Below, one piece after another: positions 8,923-16,458 of a stretch of 52,818 nucleotides of DNA (positions are counted from its first letter, which is position 1; each line of letters begins with the position of its first letter). The stretch is taken from assembly GCA_016183245.1 (NCBI GenBank), contig JACPEY010000033.1, forward strand, positions 1-52,818. Reading direction: 5' to 3'. Below the pieces are notes generated by a model, which was not told the DNA's origin, searched no databases, and was given only the letters and a program-made list of their open reading frames with translations. The stretch is from Candidatus Daviesbacteria bacterium (lineage in GTDB: Bacteria; Patescibacteriota; Microgenomatia; Daviesbacterales; UBA10151). A program made the position numbers and the translations under genes.

Positions 8923-9227
8923 TTTATCCGGATCTTTTTTTGAATCTTTGATGCTTTTTGTAAAGCTTTTCTATGTTCAACCAGAAAAGGTAAAGCTGTG
9001 GTTAAAACGGTTGATTGCCTTGCAGACAAAGGATAATTTAATTCCTGCAAGAACCGGTCTACATTGTTTCTATCTAACCGGTGGCTGTTTTCAAATAATT
9101 TTCTAAGTTCAGCAACAACTTCGGGTCCACGAAGAATTCCTCCGAATCTGTAATTTGTCGTATCCGCGCTTTCGCCAGGTTTAGGTCCAACTCTAAAAAA
9201 TCCAGACTTTTTTTCTCCCTCAGACAT
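8883..9227 (-). CDS. Hypothetical protein (ORFan), upstream part overlapping the 481-aa frame
   Basis: 114-aa ORF with an ATG start. It overlaps the next frame by 40 nt and contains A_AAA_AAG at 8934-8940 in the zero frame. Confidence 0.55.
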   Translation of the reverse strand: MSEGEKKSGFFRVGPKPGESADTTNYRFGGILRGPEVVAELRKLFENSHRLDRNNVDRFLQELNYPLSARQSTVLTTALPFLVEHRKALQKASKIQKKIRINWMKLWQLHLDAV

Positions 9228-9305
9228 ATTAAGTGATTCCTATCAGTGATAGTGGCAGATTATATACGCATTGTGCTTAGGATTCAACTTGGATAGAATG
9301 GATAG

Positions 9306-10568
9306 ATGCAAAGTTTAATTAAAATTTCCCAGCAAACTATTTGGCAGGTTTTGGGGAAAGCGGTTACTTCCCTGTCTACCTTTATTATATTAGGGCTGGT
9401 TGCAAGAAATTACGGCCCCAACGGAACAGGTATTTTTACTCTGGCACTTACATACCTTGCGATATTTTACCTTCTGGCGGATTTTGGATTTAATGCCCAC
9501 GAACTAAAAAGAGTCAAGAGACTAGAGTCAAGAGATAAGGAATGGAATAAATTGTTGGGGACAAGGGTGGTTTGGTCTGGCATTTTGATTATTTTGGCAA
9601 TAGGGCTATTACCTTTCTGGCCTTTTGCTACAGCGCAGTTTAACACAGCAGTTTTTATAGGAAGTTTGGCAATTGCGGCTTCAGCAATATTTATAACCTG
9701 TAATTTAATTTTTCAAAGTAAATTAAGATATGACTTGTCTGTAATTGCTTCTAGTATTGGCACCTTAGTTGGGTTGGTAATTACAGTTTGGTTAATAAGT
9801 TCCCGCTTCCCTGTTTCCCAGATTATCCTGGGTCATTTAATAGGATGGGTATTCATAGCAGCCAGCGCGCTCATTTTATGCGGAAGATTGCTTCGTTCCT
9901 TCGCTCCTCGCAATGACAAACAAGAAAAGTTTCCCAGTTGCATTGGGAAACCAATTATTGATTTATCATATGCCGCTAACTTGTTTAAGCAGTCTTGGCC
10001 AATTGCTGCAACATTGTCTTTAAATGTTTTATATTTTCGGGCAGATTCTTTTTTAATAGCTTATTTTAAATCCGTCTCAGATGCAGGAATTTATAATGTA
10101 GCTTATTCTTTTTTTCAAACTGCTTTGGTTTTGCCGACCTTTATTATGAATGCTTATTATCCTTTAATGTTAAAATCTTTAGCTAAAGTAAAAGTGATGG
10201 GACTTAGTTTACTGGGGATATCCTTGCTCGGGACCGTCCTTACTTTAACTGCTGCGCCTTTAATCATTAAGATTTTGACTGGTGGTGGTTTTGCCGGTTC
10301 AACTTTGTCTTTGCAGATTTTATCTTTAGGTTTTCCGGCTTATTTTTTATCATCGCTTTTAATGTGGATTTTTGTGGCTAAAAATAAGTATAAAACCTTG
10401 TTTTTGCTTTACACGTCCGGGACGATTTTCAACATCTTATTAAATATTTTCTATATTCCAAAATATTCTTATATAGCTTCATCATGGATTACCGTGATTT
10501 CAGAATATTTTATTTTGATTTTGCAGATTATGGTATTATGGTTTGCAGAAAGCAGGTTCAAGAGATGA
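9306..10568 (+). CDS. MOP-superfamily polysaccharide/lipid-linked oligosaccharide flippase (Wzx/MurJ-like)
   Basis: 420 aa with ~12-14 TM helices and the typical N-terminus (QQTIWQVLGKAVTSLSTFIILGLVAR). Carries in-frame repeat fragments at 9511-9535 and 9884-9917. Confidence 0.7.
   Translation: MQSLIKISQQTIWQVLGKAVTSLSTFIILGLVARNYGPNGTGIFTLALTYLAIFYLLADFGFNAHELKRVKRLESRDKEWNKLLGTRVVWSGILIILAIGLLPFWPFATAQFNTAVFIGSLAIAASAIFITCNLIFQSKLRYDLSVIASSIGTLVGLVITVWLISSRFPVSQIILGHLIGWVFIAASALILCGRLLRSFAPRNDKQEKFPSCIGKPIIDLSYAANLFKQSWPIAATLSLNVLYFRADSFLIAYFKSVSDAGIYNVAYSFFQTALVLPTFIMNAYYPLMLKSLAKVKVMGLSLLGISLLGTVLTLTAAPLIIKILTGGGFAGSTLSLQILSLGFPAYFLSSLLMWIFVAKNKYKTLFLLYTSGTIFNILLNIFYIPKYSYIASSWITVISEYFILILQIMVLWFAESRFKR
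9884..9917. repeat. Half copy (right arm) of the GTCATTGCGAG-type palindromic repeat inside the flippase CDS
   Basis: AGATTGCTTCGTTCCTTCGCTCCTCGCAATGAC matches the right arm of the copy at 47445-47522. Translated as LLRSFAPRND. Confidence 0.7.
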
Positions 10569-10975
10569 AGATTGTTATTTACACAGATGGCGCCTCGCGT
10601 GGTAATCCGGGTCAGGCCAGTTTCGGTTTTACAATTGCTGATGAAAACGGAAAATTGCTTTATGAGAAGGGTCAATGCATTGGGGTTGCTACTAATAATG
10701 TAGCAGAATATACCGCAGTGCTGGAAGCGTTTAAAAAAGCGCGCGAGATGTTTTCAGGAAAAGTTGTACATATTGAGCTTTTTGCAGATTCTAAACTAGT
10801 GGCAGAACAATTATCAGGGCGGTATAAAATAAAAAGCCCTCATCTTAAGCCGATTATTGAAGAGATTAAGATTTTAGCAGTGGAGCTGGGTGGAGTAGTA
10901 TACACACATATACCTAGGTCAAAAAATACCGCAGCAGACAGACTGGCTAATTTAGCGCTTGATAATAGAGACTAG
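10565..10975 (+). CDS. rnhA: Ribonuclease HI
   Basis: IYTDGASRGNPGQASFG, NNVAEYTA, ADSKLV and NTAADRLAN motifs. The ATG at 10565 overlaps the flippase stop (ATGA). Confidence 0.9.
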   Translation: MKIVIYTDGASRGNPGQASFGFTIADENGKLLYEKGQCIGVATNNVAEYTAVLEAFKKAREMFSGKVVHIELFADSKLVAEQLSGRYKIKSPHLKPIIEEIKILAVELGGVVYTHIPRSKNTAADRLANLALDNRD

Positions 10976-11063
10976 ACTTTTGACTCTAGTCACCTGCCAC
11001 TTGTTACTTTCCGATATCTTTTCATCCTCTTGATTTTATATTATAGAGTGTTACGATTTACCC

Positions 11064-13949
11064 GTGGCCGAAATTACCGATAATAGCATAAGCAAAGCGA
11101 GCATTAACCTTTCGCGAAACAGCCCGGTAGCTTTAGTTGTGGGAGCTGCCTCCTTTTTGGGCTCTCACCTGGTTGACAAATTATTGGACAAAAGTATTCA
11201 GGTTATCGGAGTAGATGATTTGGCATCTGGAGAAAAACGGAATTTAGAAAAAGCAGCAGAAAACCGCAATTTCCACCTGATCATTGAGTCTCCTGATAAA
11301 TTGGATATAGATTTATCAAGACTTGATTACATATTTATATTGCCGGGAGGGGAATGGAATTTAGGGAAGGTCCTGGATCTTTTTAAAAAAAATAACTGCC
11401 GTTGCCTTTTTGTTTCCTCAATTGATTTATATGAAAAAGATAATGATAGCGATGAGTTGGGCAGGCTTAAAAGCATTGAAAGCAGGATTGCCAAATTTGC
11501 TGCTGATTTTAACTTAAATGCCAGAATTCTAAGGCTCGGCTCTGTATACGGACCAAGGATGCAATTTAAAATTAAAGAACCGCTTGCTAAGCTGATTCAG
11601 CAGGCATTAACTGGAGATTTGCACAAAGATGTTTCTTTGGAGTTTTCCTCAAGGGCTTTATATGTTTCAGACGCGGTAGATTTGATGGTAAGAACTATTT
11701 TAGCAGGAAGCACTGCCCAGAAGATTTTTGACGGAGTGCTGCCAACTCCGGTTAAAGTGGCTGAGATAAAGATGGTGCTTATGGATCCTTTGTGGTACGA
11801 AAGCCGGGATTTTACTCCTTCTGAGTTGCCTCCCTGGTCAACCCCGAATTTAGAAAAAACAATTAAATTTTTAAACTGGCAGCCGAAAATTTCTTTGGTA
11901 ACTGCTTTAAGAGAAACCATACAGTTTTTTAAAGATAATGAGATCAGTGTACCCAAACTGGAGGAGAAAGTTGTCAAAGAGATCAAGGTTGATTTAGACG
12001 AGGATAAAAAAGAGGATTTGGAATTTTTAAAGCTGGGGGGTAAAGAAATTGCGCAGAAGGTTAAAAAAAAGGCAGAGTCTAAATTTTCTTTACCCATGTC
12101 AAAAATATACCTGATTTTGGTAATTTTCCTGGTGGGTTATGCTTTAATTTGGCCAGGTCTGGTTTTTGGATGGGGGCTTTTTACTTTCAGTTCAGGAATT
12201 TCCCAGGGTCTTAGAAATTTGGAACGAGGTGAGTTTGAAGAAAGTTTAGCAAATATCAAGCAGGCAAACATAGGGGTGCAAGCTGCAAAATCTGTTTTTA
12301 ATACACTGGAGCCAATCCGGAAGCTGGAGGTTTTTGATCAACAGTTTATACTGGCAGATAATTTGTCAAATTTGTCTATTCTTTCTGTCACTTCAGCGGA
12401 GAATGCTGTTTTAGGCATGCAAGCACTTTTGCAAAGCTTAAAAGCAGTAACAGGGGAAACAGCTGAGTCTCCGAATGCTTATTTTGCTTTGGCTCAAGTG
12501 GAGCTGTCCTCAGCCAGTGATGATTTATCTAAAATTACAGCTCTTTTAAAAAGTCCAGAATTTGGCGAAAGTATTCCGCCTGTTGTAAAACAGCAAATAG
12601 AGAGCTTTTCTAAAAAACTTGAGTTTTACCAAAGCTTGGTAACCCGGGCCAAAACCATGAGTATGCTGTTGCCGCAGCTGGTTGGGATGGAAGGGAATAA
12701 AAGCTATCTGATAATTTTGCAAAATAACATGGAACTTAGGCCGGGAGGAGGCTTTATCGGTTCTTTTGCCAAAATCAACTTTGAGGTTGGAAAGCTGAAA
12801 AAATTAGAGGTTAATGATATCTATAATTTGGATGGCAGCTTAAGTATGCATGTTGAGCCTCCAAAAGAAATTAAAGAGGATTTAGGGCAGAAGGATTGGT
12901 TTTTACGGGATTCTAACTGGGAGCCTGATTTTCCTACTAATGCCCGGCAGGCAGAGTGGTTTTACAACAAAGAGGCAGGGGAAAGAGTGGAGGGGGTGAT
13001 AGCTTTAGATATTTCAGCCATGGAGGAGCTGCTTTCTGTTATCGGTCCTTTAGATCTTGCTGATTACAGTGAACAAATTACTTCAGAAAATCTGTTTGCA
13101 AAAGCTATAACTTATGCTGAAAGCGGGTTTTTCCCCGGGTCTCAGGCCAAAAAAAGCTTTTTAACAGCTTTGACAAACCAGGCTTTTAATAAAATTTTTT
13201 TCCTGCCTCAAAAAAACTGGCCGGGGATTATCTCAGCTATAGGAAGGTCTTTGGATGAAAAACACATCAGCATCTATTTAAATGATCCGAAACTATTCTC
13301 ATATTTGGATTCTCAAAACTGGGTGAATATTTTGCCGAGAGGGGCAACTGCAAAGACAAGCCAGGACAAAACAGGGCAGGATCGCGATTTTTTGGCTTTG
13401 GTTGAAGCAAATTTGGGAGCTAATAAAGTAAATTATTATTTGGACCGGAGTTACAAGCTGGAGACTGTAGTAGGGAAAGAGGGAGAGATCAGGCATACAA
13501 TGCGTATAAACTACACCAATAGAAGTCCTTCAGACACTTTTCCCGGAGGGAAATATAAAAACAGAATGCGGGTTTATTTGCCTTTTGGCAGCAAACTAAC
13601 AAAAGCTTTATGGGGGGAAACTGATATTACCAAACAAGTCAGTAGTTTTACAGATTACGGCAGGTCGGGGTTTTCTATGCTTTTGGAGCTTTTGCCTAAA
13701 GAGCAAAAAAGCCTGGTTTTGGATTATTCAGTGCCATTTAAAATTGAATTTAAAGATAACCTGGCAACATACAGACTGGATATTATTAAGCAGGCAGGTA
13801 CTTTAAATGATCCGCTGCAATGGACAATCAGTTACCCGATAAATTATCAATTAGCCTCAGGTAAGACAACAGCACTTGGCCCTCAGGAGCAAACTATTTC
13901 TACTGATCTGTCCCGTGACAGGAGCTTTGAGGTAGGGTTTAAGAAATAA
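11064..13949 (+). CDS. Fusion protein: degenerate SDR/epimerase-like N-domain, one TM segment, and a DUF4012-like C-domain
   Basis: N-terminus VVGAASFLGSHLVDKLL...VYGPRM is NAD-epimerase-like. TM segment at IYLILVIFLVGYALIWPGLVFGWGLF. C-terminus has LRPGGGFIGSFA, typical of DUF4012. GTG start. Confidence 0.7.
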   Translation: MAEITDNSISKASINLSRNSPVALVVGAASFLGSHLVDKLLDKSIQVIGVDDLASGEKRNLEKAAENRNFHLIIESPDKLDIDLSRLDYIFILPGGEWNLGKVLDLFKKNNCRCLFVSSIDLYEKDNDSDELGRLKSIESRIAKFAADFNLNARILRLGSVYGPRMQFKIKEPLAKLIQQALTGDLHKDVSLEFSSRALYVSDAVDLMVRTILAGSTAQKIFDGVLPTPVKVAEIKMVLMDPLWYESRDFTPSELPPWSTPNLEKTIKFLNWQPKISLVTALRETIQFFKDNEISVPKLEEKVVKEIKVDLDEDKKEDLEFLKLGGKEIAQKVKKKAESKFSLPMSKIYLILVIFLVGYALIWPGLVFGWGLFTFSSGISQGLRNLERGEFEESLANIKQANIGVQAAKSVFNTLEPIRKLEVFDQQFILADNLSNLSILSVTSAENAVLGMQALLQSLKAVTGETAESPNAYFALAQVELSSASDDLSKITALLKSPEFGESIPPVVKQQIESFSKKLEFYQSLVTRAKTMSMLLPQLVGMEGNKSYLIILQNNMELRPGGGFIGSFAKINFEVGKLKKLEVNDIYNLDGSLSMHVEPPKEIKEDLGQKDWFLRDSNWEPDFPTNARQAEWFYNKEAGERVEGVIALDISAMEELLSVIGPLDLADYSEQITSENLFAKAITYAESGFFPGSQAKKSFLTALTNQAFNKIFFLPQKNWPGIISAIGRSLDEKHISIYLNDPKLFSYLDSQNWVNILPRGATAKTSQDKTGQDRDFLALVEANLGANKVNYYLDRSYKLETVVGKEGEIRHTMRINYTNRSPSDTFPGGKYKNRMRVYLPFGSKLTKALWGETDITKQVSSFTDYGRSGFSMLLELLPKEQKSLVLDYSVPFKIEFKDNLATYRLDIIKQAGTLNDPLQWTISYPINYQLASGKTTALGPQEQTISTDLSRDRSFEVGFKK

Positions 13950-13954
13950 TTGTA

Positions 13955-14013
13955 GTTCTCGACTTCGCTCGAACAATATTATTCTTCGACCGAAGCGTAG
14001 CGAGTGGAGAAGT
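13955..14013. repeat. Palindromic repeat (TTCTCGACTTCGCTCGAAC ... CGAAGCGTAGCGAGTGGAGAA), intergenic
   Basis: Imperfect inverted repeat. It shares the CGACTTCGCTC word with 17617-17640 and the TTCGAC/GTCGAA words with other copies. Confidence 0.55.
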
Positions 14014-14039
14014 ATGTATAGTTATCGTATAATGAATCA

Positions 14040-14882
14040 ATGGCAAACATAGGTTTTTTGGCAGCTTTGGGTGCGGCAGTGGCCTGGGGCACCTGGATGG
14101 TTCCTTTTAAAAAGTCAGGCAGCTCCAATTTAATTCAATTCCAGGCTTTGATTGCTGTATCAATTGGTTTTTCCGGCCTGATTATTTCATTAATATTGGG
14201 TTTTCCGTTAAGTTTTAATATTTACGGCCTGGTAAGCGGGGCACTGTGGGCGGTCGCAAGCGCAATTTCGCTGACCGCAATAGTAGATTTAGGCTTGTCA
14301 AAAGCTGTGCCGCTGGTATCATCACTGGTAATACTATCTTATTTTTTGTGGGGGGTATTATTTTTTAATGAACTACCAGAGGGGCTGATGCTTGGTTTTT
14401 TAGGGATTGGGTTAATGGTAGCCGGGGTTGTGCTGGTTAGCAGTACCGGCAATATGGCAAGCCGCAATGTTAAAAAAGGGCTTTTGGCCGGAGTATTGGC
14501 CGGTTTAATCTGGGGAAGCCAACTGGTACCGGGTAAATTAGGTAATGTTGCGACCGGAGATTTTTTCTTTCCGGTTTGTTTGGGGATATTGATTACCGGC
14601 CTGTTAATTGCTTTGATAATGAGAGTTAAATTTCAGAAAGAAGCAGTGGGCGCCAGTTTGGTTTGCGGAATAATTTGGAATATCGGTAACTTGTTATCAC
14701 TTATTTCTTTATCTTTAATTGGTTTATCGAAAATGGGTCCGGTGAGTCAGACAGCATCCCTGGTGGCAGTACTTTGGGGATTGTTTTATTTTAAAGAAAT
14801 TACCAGGGCTAAGCAAAAAGTACAGGTTTTAATAGGGGCATTAATTTTACTTGCCGGAATAATTACTCTTGGATTTGCTTAA
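14040..14882 (+). CDS. DMT-superfamily (GRP/GlcU-like) 10-TM transporter
   Basis: 280 aa, two similar five-helix halves, glycine-rich helices. By-eye call. Confidence 0.5.
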   Translation: MANIGFLAALGAAVAWGTWMVPFKKSGSSNLIQFQALIAVSIGFSGLIISLILGFPLSFNIYGLVSGALWAVASAISLTAIVDLGLSKAVPLVSSLVILSYFLWGVLFFNELPEGLMLGFLGIGLMVAGVVLVSSTGNMASRNVKKGLLAGVLAGLIWGSQLVPGKLGNVATGDFFFPVCLGILITGLLIALIMRVKFQKEAVGASLVCGIIWNIGNLLSLISLSLIGLSKMGPVSQTASLVAVLWGLFYFKEITRAKQKVQVLIGALILLAGIITLGFA

Positions 14883-14946
14883 CTATTGTGAAATATGCCT
14901 GAATGTGGTAAATTGACAATTTGCGTATAATATCTAAGCGCGAATT

Positions 14947-14995
14947 GTCATCCTGAGCGAGCGATTAGCGAGTCGAAGGATCCCGGTCAGGACGA
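14947..14995. repeat. Truncated MITE-like repeat (GTCATCCTGAGCGAGCG...GTCAGGAC)
   Basis: Shares CCTGAGCGAGCGA..GCGAGTCGAAGG with the fragment inside tsaD at 19713-19739. Confidence 0.6.
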
Positions 14996-15004
14996 GGAAC
15001 AAAT

Positions 15005-15787
15005 ATGGACAGATTATCACTGGATGCTGAAGAAAGAAAAATACTGGGTAAAAAAGTTAAAAACTTGCGCAAAAACGGCAAGCTGCCCGGTCATGTGTTT
15101 GGTAAAAAACTAGAAACAGAACATGTTTCAGTTGACGGCAAAACCTTTTTAAAAATCTTTAAGGAGGCAGGGGAGACTGGTTTGATTAATTTAAGGATCG
15201 GATCTGAAAAAGTCAGGCCGGTTATGGTTAAAGGCGTGCAATATGACCCGGTTTCCGGTGACCCGATCCACATTGATTTTTATCAGGTAAATTTAACCCA
15301 AAAAGTCAAAGTCCCTGTGCCGATTGTTTTAGTTGGTGAAGAGCCGGAGGCAGTGAAATTGGGTGAGGCAATTGTTTTGCAGACAATGAACGAGCTTGAA
15401 GTAGAAGCGCTTCCGGCTGATTTAATAGAAAAAATTGAAGTTGATATTACTAATTTAAAAAATATTGATGATGCTGTAACTGTTGGGGGTTTACAATTTG
15501 ACAGGGAAAAGTTGACAGTTTCAGCAAACGATGAAGACATCGTAGTTAAGCTGGCGCCGGCAATCACAGAGGAGATGAAGAAACAAATGGAAGAAGAAGC
15601 AGCCCAGGCAGCTGCTGTTGCTGCAGAATCAGGGGCAGAGGCAGCCGGAGAAGAAGGTGCGGCAGCTGAGGGTGGAGAAGCTCCAGCAGAAGGCGCAGAC
15701 GGCAAACCAGATGAAGGTCATGGTCCTGAGGAGTCGAAGGGTGGAGAAGCAAAACCAGCTGAAGGGGAGGCAGAAGGAACAAAATGA
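15005..15787 (+). CDS. rplY: 50S ribosomal protein L25/Ctc with a long acidic A/E/G-rich tail
   Basis: N-terminus LSLDAEERKILGKKVKNLRKNGKLPGHVFGK...IHIDFYQV. The last ~70 aa are low complexity. Confidence 0.85.
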   Translation: MDRLSLDAEERKILGKKVKNLRKNGKLPGHVFGKKLETEHVSVDGKTFLKIFKEAGETGLINLRIGSEKVRPVMVKGVQYDPVSGDPIHIDFYQVNLTQKVKVPVPIVLVGEEPEAVKLGEAIVLQTMNELEVEALPADLIEKIEVDITNLKNIDDAVTVGGLQFDREKLTVSANDEDIVVKLAPAITEEMKKQMEEEAAQAAAVAAESGAEAAGEEGAAAEGGEAPAEGADGKPDEGHGPEESKGGEAKPAEGEAEGTK

Positions 15788-16017
15788 GTCCTGAAGATCC
15801 TTCGAAAAAAGAGATCAGAGAAGGTGAAAGGTTGCTGCATGGTGATATAAGAGATCTTAGGTTAAGTAAGAAAAGTGGCTCACCAGGTGATGCTGACGCT
15901 ATGGATGAATCTTATAGGCGTGTTTTAGAGGCATGTGATAATGGTTTGATTGCTCCAGATAGAATAGCGGAGATGTCTGTAGAGGACATGAATTCAACGA
16001 CTGATATACCTTCTTAA
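15784..16017 (+). CDS. Hypothetical small acidic protein
   Basis: The ATG overlaps the rplY stop (ATGA). No recognisable motif. Confidence 0.35.
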   Translation: MSPEDPSKKEIREGERLLHGDIRDLRLSKKSGSPGDADAMDESYRRVLEACDNGLIAPDRIAEMSVEDMNSTTDIPS

Positions 16018-16084
16018 TCTAGAAGCCGAAGAAGAAGAAATGATCGCGTTTAATTTGCGTTAATCTTGCGGGAATCCAAAAAAA

Positions 16085-16420
16085 TTATCTAGGAGCGCTT
16101 ATAAAGGCAGCTATTCCTGAGGTGTGTTCTATAGTAAAATTGGTTCGTTTTTCTGGATCACTCATTATTATATCGCCGTCTGGAGTTTTTTGAATAGTTC
16201 CATTTACAAAACCAATTATTCTCGGGTCGCCTTTGGGTTTTGTTAATGCAACCTCGCATACCTCTACTGCTGCGTTGATTCGTTCTGCAGTTACAACTAC
16301 TAAATTATTGCTTTGATCCCTCCCTGCAAAAAAAACTGCTCCGCGGTTAGTTCTGGTGGCTTCAGTGCCCAATCCTCTAGCGATTTCTCCGAGAATTTCC
16401 AAATTATCTATTATAGGCAT
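16085..16420 (-). CDS. Hypothetical protein
   Basis: First ATG at 16420 (MPIIDNLEIL...), 38 nt downstream of the valS stop and co-directional with it. The track start at 16462 is a TTG. Confidence 0.45.
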   Translation of the reverse strand: MPIIDNLEILGEIARGLGTEATRTNRGAVFFAGRDQSNNLVVVTAERINAAVEVCEVALTKPKGDPRIIGFVNGTIQKTPDGDIIMSDPEKRTNFTIEHTSGIAAFISAPR

Positions 16421-16458
16421 ATAGTAAGTTACTTTGATAATATTATATAGAGAATAAG

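Noticed and set aside
7439-9269. Calling the two-frame ORFan unit a bona fide IS element
   Set aside because: The A6G overlap and an 11/13 terminal inverted repeat are suggestive. However, I see no DDE/HUH/serine-recombinase motif, no target-site duplication (ATCAG versus ATTGT flanks) and no second copy in the window. It is kept only as a hypothesis in the findings.
14905-14935. TTGACA ... TATAAT upstream of rplY as a promoter
   Set aside because: The two hexamers are only 7 nt apart, and no acceptable -35 lies at 16-18 nt spacing.
15283-15782. Antisense ORFs (140 aa and 72 aa) across the rplY tail
   Set aside because: The GC-rich A/E/G-coding low-complexity DNA is open in several frames. 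There is no independent coding signal.
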